Origin: Burkholderiales bacterium | GTDB taxonomy: Bacteria > Pseudomonadota > Gammaproteobacteria > Burkholderiales > SG8-39 | Length of the DNA stretch: 64,000 bases | Direction of reading: 5' to 3' | NCBI GenBank assembly: GCA_035517095.1 | Contig: DATIZK010000012.1 | Span: forward strand, 8,843-72,842 | Shown here: positions 1 to 9,614 of the stretch, one piece after another | Numbering within the stretch: the stretch's first letter is position 1 | How the letters are laid out: every line of letters begins with the position of its first letter | Made by a program: the position numbers and the translations under genes | Notes under the pieces: generated by a model | What the model saw: only the letters and a program-made list of their open reading frames with translations | Database searches by the model: none | What the model was told of the DNA's origin: nothing

Positions 1-528
1 ACTGGCCGATGCCGAGCTCGGTGAGCTGGCCGACCGCCTCGTAGGTGAGCGTGCCCGAGCGCGACACCACGCCGACGCGCCCCTTCCTGTGGATGTGGCC
101 CGGCATGATGCCGATCTTGAGCTCGCCCGGGGTGATCACGCCGGGGCAGTTCGGGCCCACCAGCACGCTCCTGCGCTTTTGCTTTCGCATGCGGTCGCGC
201 ACCTCGATCATGTCGCGCACCGGGATGCCCTCGGTGATGCAGATCACCAGCTCGACGTCGGCCTCGACCGCCTCCCAGATCGCCGCGGCGGCGAACGGCG
301 GCGGGACGTAGATCACCGACACGTTGGCGCCGGTGGCGCGCTTCGCCTCGGCCACCGTGCCGAAAATCGGGATGCCCTCGAAATCCTCGCCCGCCTTCTT
401 CGGGTTGACCCCGGCCACGTAGCAGGCGCGCCCGTTGGCGTACTCGCGGCTGGTGCGGGTGTGGAACTGCCCGGTCTTGCCGGTAATTCCCTGGGTGATG
501 ACGCGCGAGTCCTTGTTGATCAGGATGC

Positions 529-532
<4 letters not shown>
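1..532 (-). CDS. sucD: Succinyl-CoA synthetase alpha subunit, 5' part (gene runs off the left window edge)
   Basis: Own minus-strand translation from ATG 532..530: [34 protein letters not shown]...[37 protein letters not shown]...[22 protein letters not shown]. This is a typical SucD N-terminus. ATGA overlap with the sucC stop. Not in the ORF track because it is open at the window edge. Confidence 0.93.
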
Positions 533-1766
<1,234 letters not shown>

Positions 1767-1770
<4 letters not shown>

Positions 1771-2330
1771 GCCGCCTTGCCTCCTCCCATGGGTCCGCGG
1801 TACCACGCCGGGTACCACTTGCGCACGGTCTCCGAGCCGGTCTCGAGCGCGATGCACTGGTCGAGCTGGAACGGCTTGACGCCGTCGCCGCGGTCCTCCT
1901 TCGCCTCGCCGGCGAAGGTCTGGATCGCCGCGGTCGGCAGCCCGGCCAGCATCTCGGTGATGTGGGTGCAGCCCTGCACGCCGCCCAGCAGCTCGTGCAC
2001 CTTCTTGCGGAAGCCGCGGCGCAGGTTGAGCCCGACCAGCTTGCCGTAGCCGGGCGCCGCGGTCTCGCAGCCGCCCGGGTAGGGCACCGCGTCCGACACG
2101 GCGACCGCGTCGATCACGTTCAGCCCGCGGTCGATGGTGATGCGCAGCCACATCTCGTGGATCGGCTGCCCGGCGCGGCGAACGCCGGTCTGCAGCGGGT
2201 AGTCGTGGTTCTTGATGTCGGTCAGGTGGGCTTCGATGTCCCACAGGCCGTCGGCGCGCTTGTAGCCCTCGAAGCGCACGCGCCGGGTGTGGGTGAGCTC
2301 GCGCTCGACGTCCTGGAGGGGCAGCGGCAT
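1767..2330 (-). CDS. DUF2889-family conserved protein (187 aa)
   Basis: Track ORF: [44 protein letters not shown]...[14 protein letters not shown] recognise it as the DUF2889 family (conserved GCTH motif) from memory. Its stop overlaps the sucC ATG by 4 nt. Confidence 0.78.
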
Positions 2331-2338
2331 GGCGCCGC

Positions 2339-2370
2339 GAATTCTAGCACCCGGCCCGCTGCTAGAATTC
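2339..2370. promoter_or_regulatory. Perfect 11-bp inverted repeat GAATTCTAGCA-N10-TGCTAGAATTC in the 65-bp divergent DUF2889/glpK intergenic region (candidate operator or 5'-UTR hairpin)
   Basis: Read directly. AT-rich arms in otherwise GC-rich DNA. It occupies half of the intergenic gap between ATG 2330 (-) and ATG 2396 (+). Confidence 0.35.
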
Positions 2371-2395
2371 CCCCAGGCCCGCGCATCAAGACACC

Positions 2396-3901
2396 ATGAG
2401 ATACATCCTCGCGCTCGACCAGGGCACCACCAGCTCGCGTGCGATCGTGTTCGACGAGCACGGCAAGCCGCGCGCGAGCGCGCAGCGCGAGATCCGCCAG
2501 ATCTACCCGCAGCCGGGCTGGGTCGAGCACGACCCGCACGAGATCTACGTCTCGCAGCGCGACACCGCGCGCGAGGCGATCGCCATGGCCGGCCTCGACC
2601 CGACCGAGATCCGCGCCATCGGCATCGCCAACCAGCGCGAGACCACGCTGCTGTGGGACCGCCAGTCGGGCGAGCCGCTGCACAACGCGATCGTGTGGCA
2701 GGACCGCCGCACCACCGCGCAGTGCGCCGAGCTGCGCGCGGCGGGCGCCGAGGAGACGATCAAGGCCAAGACCGGGCTGATCGTCGATCCGTACTTCAGC
2801 GGCACCAAGCTGGCCTGGCTGCTGGACAACGTTCCCGGCGCGCGCGCGCGCGCCGAGCGCGGCGAGCTCGCCTTCGGCACGGTCGACACCTGGCTGGTGT
2901 GGCGCCTGTCGCACAGCCGCACCCACGTCAGCGACGAGACCAACGCCTCGCGCACCCTGCTGTACGACATCCACCGCGGCGACTGGGACCAGGAGCTGTT
3001 GTCGTTGCTGCGCGTGCCGCGCGCGCTGCTGCCCGACGTGCAGCCCTCGGCGAGCGTGTTCGGCATGGCCGCGCCCGAGGAGCTCGGCGCCGCGATCCCG
3101 ATCGCCGGCATCGCCGGCGACCAGCAGGCGGCCCTGTTCGGCCAGGGCTGCCACCGCCGCGGCATGGCCAAGGCGACCTACGGCACCGGCAGCTTCATGC
3201 TGCTGCACACCGGCGAGACCGCGGTGCGCTCGGCGAGCGGCCTGCTGACCACCCCGGCGGCGCAGCCCAGCGCCGCGAAGGCGACGCCGCGCGGCTACGC
3301 GCTCGAGGGCAGCGTGTTCGTCGCCGGCTCGGTGGTGCAGTGGCTGCGCGACGAGCTGCAGTTCTTCCGCAGCGCGGACGAGATCGAGGCCATGGCCGCC
3401 TCCGTGCCCGACAACGGCGGCGTGTTCCTGGTGCCCGCGTTCACCGGCCTGGGCGCGCCGCACTGGGACCCTTTCGCGCGCGGCGCGATCGTCGGCCTCA
3501 CGCGCGGCTCCTCGCGCGCGCACCTGGCGCGCGCCGCGCTCGAGTCGATCGCGTACCAGGTCGCCGACCTGCTCCAGGCGATGCAGCAGGACGCGGGCGA
3601 GAGCCTCACCGAGCTGCGCGTCGACGGCGGCGCCAGCGCGAACAACCTGCTGATGCAGTTCCAGGCCGACATGCTGGGCGTGCCGGTGGTGCGACCGCGC
3701 GTGCTCGAGACCACCGCGCTCGGCGCCGCCTACCTCGCCGGGCTGACGATCGGCCTGTGGGCTTCGCCCGCGCAGATCGCCTCGCACTGGGCCGAGGAGC
3801 GCCGCTTCGAGCCGCAGATGGACCCGGCGGCGGCCGAGGACCTGCGCGCGCGCTGGCGCGCGGCGGTGCACCGCTCGCTGCGCTGGGCCGAGCAGGACTG
3901 A
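2396..3901 (+). CDS. glpK: Glycerol kinase
   Basis: Track ORF, 501 aa: [25 protein letters not shown]...WVEHDPHEI...[14 protein letters not shown]...[14 protein letters not shown]...[11 protein letters not shown]. Canonical GlpK motifs. Confidence 0.97.
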   Translation: MRYILALDQGTTSSRAIVFDEHGKPRASAQREIRQIYPQPGWVEHDPHEIYVSQRDTAREAIAMAGLDPTEIRAIGIANQRETTLLWDRQSGEPLHNAIVWQDRRTTAQCAELRAAGAEETIKAKTGLIVDPYFSGTKLAWLLDNVPGARARAERGELAFGTVDTWLVWRLSHSRTHVSDETNASRTLLYDIHRGDWDQELLSLLRVPRALLPDVQPSASVFGMAAPEELGAAIPIAGIAGDQQAALFGQGCHRRGMAKATYGTGSFMLLHTGETAVRSASGLLTTPAAQPSAAKATPRGYALEGSVFVAGSVVQWLRDELQFFRSADEIEAMAASVPDNGGVFLVPAFTGLGAPHWDPFARGAIVGLTRGSSRAHLARAALESIAYQVADLLQAMQQDAGESLTELRVDGGASANNLLMQFQADMLGVPVVRPRVLETTALGAAYLAGLTIGLWASPAQIASHWAEERRFEPQMDPAAAEDLRARWRAAVHRSLRWAEQD

Positions 3902-3914
3902 AAGGGAGAACGCC

Positions 3915-5183
3915 GTGAGCCTGCCCCAGTGGCTGAACCCGGAGGTGTTCAAGCTCCTGCTGGTGCTGTTCCTGTCGTTCCTGATCGGCCTGCAGCGCGA
4001 GGAGCGCAAGGTGGCCGAGGAAGGGCGCTACGCCTTCGGCGGGGTGCGCACCTTTCCGCTCATCGGCCTGATCGGCTACCTGATCGCGTTCTTTTCCGGC
4101 GAGGAGCTGCTGCCGCTCGTGATCGGCTTCGCCACCGTGGCGGGCTTCCTGATGCTGTCCTACTGGCACAAGCTCACCACTTCGGCCAATGCCGGCATCA
4201 CCTCCGAGATGACCGGGCTGGCGACCTACCTGGTCGGCGCGCTGGTCTACCGCGAGCAGTTCTGGATCGCGACCGCGGTGAGCGTGGCGAGCCTGCTGCT
4301 GCTCGAGCTGAAAGTCGGGCTCGAGGGCCTCGCGCGGCGCATCGCCTCGGACGACATCCTCACTTTCGCCAAGTTCCTGCTGGTGACCGCGGTGATCCTG
4401 CCGGTGCTGCCGGACGAAGCCTTCACGCGCTTCGAGATCAACCCGCACAAGACCTGGCTGGTGGTGGCGGCGGTGAGCGCGGTGTCCTACGGCAGCTACG
4501 TGCTGCAGCGGCTGATGCGGGGCCGCGGCGGACTGGTGCTCTCGGGGGTGCTGGGCGGGATGTACTCCTCGACCGCGACCACGGTCGCGCTCGCGCGGCG
4601 CTCGCGCGGCGAGCAGGATGCGGACCCGCACCTGTTCGCCGGCAGCATCGTGATCGCCTCCGGGGTCATGTACCTGCGCCTGATCGTGCTGCTCGGGATC
4701 TTCAACCGCGCGCTGATGCTCGCGCTGGCGCCCTCGTTCGCCGCGCTCGCCGCGCTCGCGATCGGCGCCGGCTGGGTCTGGAGCGGACGCGCCGCCGCGC
4801 GCGCGGCCGAGGTCGAGCAGCACCAGGCGCCGAAGAACCCGCTCGAGCTGGGCACCGCGTTCCTGTTCGCGCTGCTGTTCGTCGCGATGCTGGTCGCCAC
4901 CCGCCTCGCGCTCGAGAGCTTCGGCCGCGGCGGGGTCTACCTGCTCGCCGCCGCGATGGGGGTAAGCGACGTCGACCCGTTCGTCATGGGCATGACCCAG
5001 GCCGCGCCGGCGACGACTCCGCTCGCGCTCGCCGCGGCCGCGATCCTGATCGCCGCCGCGGCCAACAACGCGGTCAAGGGCGTGTACGCCTATGCGCTCG
5101 GCTCGCGCGCGGCCGGGCTGGCGAGCCTCGTGCTGCTGCTCGCGCTCGCCGCGCTCGGCCTCGCGCCGCTGGCCTGGCTGTGA
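3915..5183 (+). CDS. MgtC/DUF4010-type integral membrane protein (422 aa)
   Basis: Track ORF with GTG start preceded by AAAGGGAGA. Polytopic hydrophobic sequence: LLLVLFLSFLIGLQREERK...GVRTFPLIGLIGYL. The N-terminus is typical of MgtC-like/DUF4010 proteins (recognised from memory). Confidence 0.78.
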   Translation: MSLPQWLNPEVFKLLLVLFLSFLIGLQREERKVAEEGRYAFGGVRTFPLIGLIGYLIAFFSGEELLPLVIGFATVAGFLMLSYWHKLTTSANAGITSEMTGLATYLVGALVYREQFWIATAVSVASLLLLELKVGLEGLARRIASDDILTFAKFLLVTAVILPVLPDEAFTRFEINPHKTWLVVAAVSAVSYGSYVLQRLMRGRGGLVLSGVLGGMYSSTATTVALARRSRGEQDADPHLFAGSIVIASGVMYLRLIVLLGIFNRALMLALAPSFAALAALAIGAGWVWSGRAAARAAEVEQHQAPKNPLELGTAFLFALLFVAMLVATRLALESFGRGGVYLLAAAMGVSDVDPFVMGMTQAAPATTPLALAAAAILIAAAANNAVKGVYAYALGSRAAGLASLVLLLALAALGLAPLAWL

Positions 5184-6607
5184 GCCCGGGCTCGCTCGTC
5201 CTCGCGATCGACCAGGGCACCCACGCCAGCCGCGCGCTGGTGCTCGACCGGCGCGGGAGCATTCTCGCCAGCGGCGAACAGGAGATCGGTCTGGCTCGCC
5301 CGCAGCCCGACTGGGCCGAGCAGGACGGCGAGGAGATCGTGGCTTCCGTGTTCGCCGCGGTCGAGCGGGCCGTCGGCGCCCGCCGCGCCGAGCTGGCGCT
5401 CGCCGGCCTGTCGAGCCAGCGCGCGAGCTGCGTGTGCTGGGACCGGCGCGACGGGCGGCCGCTTTCGCCCGTGTTCAGCTGGCAGGACCGGCGCGCGCAC
5501 GCCTGGATCTCGTCGCTCGAGCCCGCGCACGGCGACGCGGTGCACCGCAAGACCGGGCTCTACCTTTCGCCGCATTACGGCGCGAGCAAGCTGCGCTGGG
5601 CGCTCGACCATCTGCCGCGCGTCGCCGCGGCGGCAAAGGCCGGCACTCTGGCCTGGGGGCCGCTGGCGAGCTTCCTCGTGTTCCGCCTGCTGAAGGAGCG
5701 GCCGCTTGCGGCCGATCCGCAGTGCGCCGCGCGCACGCAGTTGTGGAGCCTCGCCGCGCGCGACTGGGACCCGGAGCTGCTCGCGCTGTTCGGCCTGCCG
5801 CAGGGCTTTTTGCCGCGCAGCGTGCCGACCTGCGGCGCCTGGGGAACGCTCGAGCTGCCCGGCCCGGCGCTGCCGCTCGCGGCGGTAAACGGCGACCAGT
5901 CGGCGGCGGTGTTCGCCTTCGGCTGGCCCGAGCCGGACTCGGCCTACGTCAACATCGGCACCAGCGCCTTCGTGCAGCGCGCGCTCGAGCGCGCGCCCGG
6001 CCACGTGCCGCGCCAGCTCAGCGGCATCATCCTGGACGACGGGCGCAGCACGGTCTGGACGGTCGAAGGCAACGTCAACGGCGCCGGCACCGCGCTGGAG
6101 TGGCTGCGCACCGGGCTCGGGATCGAAGACGCGCTCGCGCGCCTGCCCGCCTGGCTGGACGCACCCGGCGAGCCGCCGCTGTTCCTGAACGGCATCGCGG
6201 GCCTGGGCGGGCCCTTCTGGCAGGCCGAGTTCGCTTCGCGCTTCGTCGGCACGGGCACGCCGGCGCAGCAGGCGGTCGCGGTGGTCGAGAGCATCGCCTT
6301 CCTGCTGCAGGCGAATATCGACTACATGGCGGCCTGGGTGCCGCCCGCGCGGCGGGTGCGGGTGAGCGGCGGCGTGTCGCGCCTGGACGGCCTGTGCCGG
6401 CGGCTCGCCTCGGTCAGCGGCCTGCCGGTGCTAAGGCGCGACGACCCGGAAGCGAGCGCGCGCGGCATCGGCTACCTGGCGGCCGGGCGTCCCGCGCACT
6501 GGAGCAGCGCCGCGCACGAAGACCGCTTCGAGCCGGTGCGCGACGCGGCGCTCGCGGCGCGCTACGGCCGCTGGCGCGAGCTCATGAGGCAAGCGACCGG
6601 AATCTGA
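5180..6607 (+). CDS. FGGY-family carbohydrate kinase (glycerol-kinase paralogue, about 475 aa)
   Basis: In frame within track ORF 3929..6607. GTG at 5180 overlaps the upstream stop (GTGA). VSPGSLVLAIDQGTHASRALVLDRRGSILASGEQEI...PDWAEQDGEEI... The upstream part of the track ORF is off-frame junk over the DUF4010 gene. Confidence 0.85.
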   Translation: MSPGSLVLAIDQGTHASRALVLDRRGSILASGEQEIGLARPQPDWAEQDGEEIVASVFAAVERAVGARRAELALAGLSSQRASCVCWDRRDGRPLSPVFSWQDRRAHAWISSLEPAHGDAVHRKTGLYLSPHYGASKLRWALDHLPRVAAAAKAGTLAWGPLASFLVFRLLKERPLAADPQCAARTQLWSLAARDWDPELLALFGLPQGFLPRSVPTCGAWGTLELPGPALPLAAVNGDQSAAVFAFGWPEPDSAYVNIGTSAFVQRALERAPGHVPRQLSGIILDDGRSTVWTVEGNVNGAGTALEWLRTGLGIEDALARLPAWLDAPGEPPLFLNGIAGLGGPFWQAEFASRFVGTGTPAQQAVAVVESIAFLLQANIDYMAAWVPPARRVRVSGGVSRLDGLCRRLASVSGLPVLRRDDPEASARGIGYLAAGRPAHWSSAAHEDRFEPVRDAALAARYGRWRELMRQATGI

Positions 6608-6614
6608 TGCGGCC

Positions 6615-7346
6615 CTACGATCTCGAGTGGGCCGGGACGGCGCCCCAGACCCGGCGCCCGAAGGCAGGGTAGTTCGCGACGATCTCGGCGGCCACCGGGC
6701 CGCGCAGGCGCTCGAGCTCCTCGGCCGAGGGCGGCGCCGTGCAGGGGACCTGCGCCGCGCAGTCGAACGCGAACCCGGTCGCGTCGCGCACCTCTTGCAG
6801 GCTCGCGCCCGGGTGCACGCTCTCGAGCCGGAAGCGCCTCGCCTGCGGCTGCCAGGCGAACAGCGCCTTGGCGGTGAGCAGCGCCTGCGGCCCGCCGCGG
6901 CGCTCGACCCCCGGCGGGCTCCACCCCGGCGCCGACACGTAAGCCACCTTGCGCACCAGCACGCGCGGCGAATGCTCCTCGCGGAACAGGATCGTCCTGC
7001 GCGCCGCGAAATACATGAACGCGGAACCGAAGGAGCCCGGGAAGCGCTTGCCTTCGGCCTCGACCAGGTTGATGTTCGCCTCGCCGTCGATCTGCGCCCC
7101 GCCGAGGAAGAAGACGTCGATCCGGCCCTGGCCCGCCAGGTCGAACAGCTCGCGCGAGCCCTCGGTGAACGGGTTGCCGCTTCGCTTCTGCAGCAGGGAG
7201 ATGCGCAACGACGGATTGCTCTGCTTGAGCAGGAAGGCGCCCGTGGCCGGAATCGGCGACGCCGCCCCCACCGCGACGTGGCGCGCGTCCCCGATCAGGC
7301 GTGCGACGGCGCAGGCGAGGAGCTCTTCGCGGGCGTAGGCTTGCAA
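6615..7346 (-). CDS. CoA-transferase subunit B (glutaconate/3-oxoacid CoA-transferase family)
   Basis: C-terminal 243 codons of track ORF 6615..7976: (L)QAYAREELLACAVARLIGDARHVAVGAASPIPATGAFLLK...IDVFFLGGAQIDGEANINL. The start is assigned to TTG 7346, the only start codon near the homology onset, so the start is uncertain. Confidence 0.75.
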   Translation of the reverse strand: MQAYAREELLACAVARLIGDARHVAVGAASPIPATGAFLLKQSNPSLRISLLQKRSGNPFTEGSRELFDLAGQGRIDVFFLGGAQIDGEANINLVEAEGKRFPGSFGSAFMYFAARRTILFREEHSPRVLVRKVAYVSAPGWSPPGVERRGGPQALLTAKALFAWQPQARRFRLESVHPGASLQEVRDATGFAFDCAAQVPCTAPPSAEELERLRGPVAAEIVANYPAFGRRVWGAVPAHSRS

Positions 7347-8131
7347 ACGAACTCCTCGAGGTACTGGCGGAACCCGCGCGCCGTCTTCGCCAGCCGCGCG
7401 TAGTGCTGCAGGTGCGCGTCGTCGATGCCGTACATCCCCGGCACGCCGAGCGGCCAGGCCCCGCGCGGCGCCGGCGCCGCGGCGCTTACGTACACCGAGC
7501 CGATGCAGCCGGGCGCGAGCAGCTCGTCCTCGAGCATGTCGCCGGATCTGAGCTCTTCGTAAGTGACGTAGCAGGCCTTCGAGGCATGCGCGATGGTTGC
7601 GAGCTCCCTGCGCCGCCCGACCCAGACGTTGCCCGCCTCGTCCGCCCAGCGCGCGTGAAACAGCGCGACCTCGGGCGCGATCGCCTTCGCCAGCAGGATC
7701 GGGTCGCCTTTGGCGTAGGGATTGTCGATGCTCAGCCAGTCCGGGTGGTCGCGCACCAGGTCCGACCCCAGCACTCCCCGCAGCGGCATGAACGGCACGC
7801 CCTTCTCGCTGGCCTGCAACCCGGTATGGATCATGGGGCAGGTGGCGTCGATCACCTTCAGCGCCTTGTTCTGCGCCGCCTCGGTAAAGCGCGGCGCCAG
7901 GCCCGCCTCGCCCAGGGTCACGGCGCTGGTCTCGACCTCGCGCACGCAGCCCGCGCCGATGAGCATGTCGGCGCACAGGCCCAGCGTGGGCACGCCGATG
8001 AGCTTCAGGTCCTTCGCCCCGCGCCGCACCAGCGCGCGCACCACCGCCATCGCAACCAGCGAATAGTCGGGCGGCAGCCCGATCGAAGACCCGTCGGCGA
8101 TCGCCGCAGCGATCGCGTCCGCGTCCTTCAT
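7295..8131 (-). CDS. CoA-transferase subunit A
   Basis: Part of track ORF 7295..9664 from the internal ATG 8131: MKDADAIAAAIADGSSIGLPPDYSLVAMAVVRALVRRGAKDLKLIGVPTLGLCADMLIGAG... ATGA overlap with the tldD stop. Confidence 0.85.
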   Translation of the reverse strand: MKDADAIAAAIADGSSIGLPPDYSLVAMAVVRALVRRGAKDLKLIGVPTLGLCADMLIGAGCVREVETSAVTLGEAGLAPRFTEAAQNKALKVIDATCPMIHTGLQASEKGVPFMPLRGVLGSDLVRDHPDWLSIDNPYAKGDPILLAKAIAPEVALFHARWADEAGNVWVGRRRELATIAHASKACYVTYEELRSGDMLEDELLAPGCIGSVYVSAAAPAPRGAWPLGVPGMYGIDDAHLQHYARLAKTARGFRQYLEEFVCKPTPAKSSSPAPSHA

Positions 8132-9609
8132 CCCGTGCCTCCCACCGTCAGGCCGTCGATGCGCAGCGTCGGCTGGCCGACGCCGACCGGTACGCTCTGG
8201 CCTTCCTTGCCGCAGGTGCCGATGCCGCTGTCGAGCTGCAGGTCGTTGCCGATCATCTTGACCCGGGTAAGCGCGTCGGGGCCGTTGCCGATCAGGGTCG
8301 CGCCCTTGATCGGGTGCGTCACCTTGCCGTGCTCGATCATGTAGGCCTCGGCGGCCGAGAACACGAACTTGCCGTTGGTGATGTCGACCTGCCCGCCGCC
8401 GAAGTTGACCGCGTACACGCCGCGCTCGACCCCGGCGACGATCTCGCGCGGGTCGTGCGGCCCGGCGAGCATGTAGGTGTTGGTCATGCGCGGCAGCACC
8501 AGGTGCGCGAAGGACTCGCGCCGGCCGTTGCCGGTGAGCGGCATCTTCATCAGGCGCGCGTTGAGGCTGTCCTGGATGTAGCCGCGCAGCACGCCGTCCT
8601 CGATCAGCACCGTGCGCGTGCTCGGGTTGCCCTCGTCGTCGACCGTGAGCGAGCCGCGCCGCCCGGGCAGCGTGCCGTCGTCCACCACCGTGACGCCGCG
8701 CGCGCCGACGCGCTCGCCGATGCGGCCGGAGAAGGCCGAGCTGCCCTTGCGGTTGAAGTCGCCCTCCAGGCCGTGCCCGATCGCCTCGTGCAGCAGGATG
8801 CCGGGCCAGCCCGGCCCCAGCACCACGGTCATGCTGCCCGCCGGCGCCGGGCGCGCCTCGAGGTTGGTGAGCGCCTGCGCGACCGCCTTGGCCGCGTAGT
8901 CCTTGAGCACCTCGTCGCTGAAGTGGGAGTAGCCGGTGCGCCCGCCGCCGCCCGCCTGGCCGCTCTCGCGCCGGCCGTCCTGCTCCGCGATCACCTGCAC
9001 CGACATGCGCACCAGCGGGCGCACGTCGGCCGAGAGCACGCCGTCGGCGCGCGCCACCAGGATCACCTCGTACTCGCCGCCCAGGCTCGCCATCACCTGC
9101 GTCACGCGCGGGTCGAGCGCGCGGCACATGCGCTCGAGCTTCTCGAGCAGCGCCACCTTGGCCTCCGAGGCGAGCGTGGCGAGCGGGTCGACCGGCTCGT
9201 AGCGCCGCACCGGCTGGCCCCGGCGCGCGACCTTGGTGCGCCGGTTCTGGCCCGCGGCGGCGATCGCCCGCGTCGCGCGCGCGGCGTCCTCGAGGGCGTC
9301 GAAGCTTATCTCGTCCGAGTAGGCGAAGGCGGTCTTCTCGCCCGCGATCGCGCGCACGCCGACGCCCTGCTCGATGTTGAAGCTGCCCGACTTGACGATG
9401 CCCTCCTCCAGGCTCCAGCTCTCGGAGCGCGCATACTGGAAGTACAGGTCGGCGTAGTCGATGCGGTGCGCGCCGAGCGCGCCGAACACGCGCTCGAGCT
9501 TGCCCGCCTCGAGCGCGTAGGGCTCGAGCAGGCGGCGCTCGGCGGTTCCGAGCAGCAGGTCTTGCGTGGCGGTGTGCAAGAGTGGCGAAGTCTCCGTGCG
9601 GACGATCAT
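8128..9609 (-). CDS. tldD: Metalloprotease TldD
   Basis: Track ORF, 493 aa: ...IDYADLYFQYARSESWSLEEGIVKSGSFNIEQGVGVRA...HEAIGHGLEGDFNRKGSSAF...TCGKEGQSVPV. Strong TldD signature (HExxxH-like HEAIGH). Confidence 0.95.
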   Translation of the reverse strand: MIVRTETSPLLHTATQDLLLGTAERRLLEPYALEAGKLERVFGALGAHRIDYADLYFQYARSESWSLEEGIVKSGSFNIEQGVGVRAIAGEKTAFAYSDEISFDALEDAARATRAIAAAGQNRRTKVARRGQPVRRYEPVDPLATLASEAKVALLEKLERMCRALDPRVTQVMASLGGEYEVILVARADGVLSADVRPLVRMSVQVIAEQDGRRESGQAGGGGRTGYSHFSDEVLKDYAAKAVAQALTNLEARPAPAGSMTVVLGPGWPGILLHEAIGHGLEGDFNRKGSSAFSGRIGERVGARGVTVVDDGTLPGRRGSLTVDDEGNPSTRTVLIEDGVLRGYIQDSLNARLMKMPLTGNGRRESFAHLVLPRMTNTYMLAGPHDPREIVAGVERGVYAVNFGGGQVDITNGKFVFSAAEAYMIEHGKVTHPIKGATLIGNGPDALTRVKMIGNDLQLDSGIGTCGKEGQSVPVGVGQPTLRIDGLTVGGTG

Positions 9610-9614
9610 AACAG

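Noticed and set aside
1771-2244. 158-codon N-terminal extension of the sucC ORF (the track start is at 2244).
   Set aside because: The extension is Arg/Pro-rich junk that overlaps the well-formed DUF2889 gene. The canonical SucC N-terminus [11 protein letters not shown] begins at ATG 1770.
2222-4009. Long antisense or alternative-frame ORFs over recognised genes. Examples: 2222..4009(-) 595 aa, 2287..3918(+), 9771..13463(+) 1230 aa, 10090..13389(-), 13451..17431(-) 1326 aa, 21899..25726(+) 1275 aa, 45869..48910(-) 1013 aa, 52197..54842(-), 61130..62770(-).
   Set aside because: Their translations are monotonous Arg/Ala/Gly/Pro/Asp-rich low-complexity strings with no recognisable motifs. Each is fully overlapped by a gene with strong family signatures in another frame. 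Long stop-free off-frames are expected in very GC-rich DNA.
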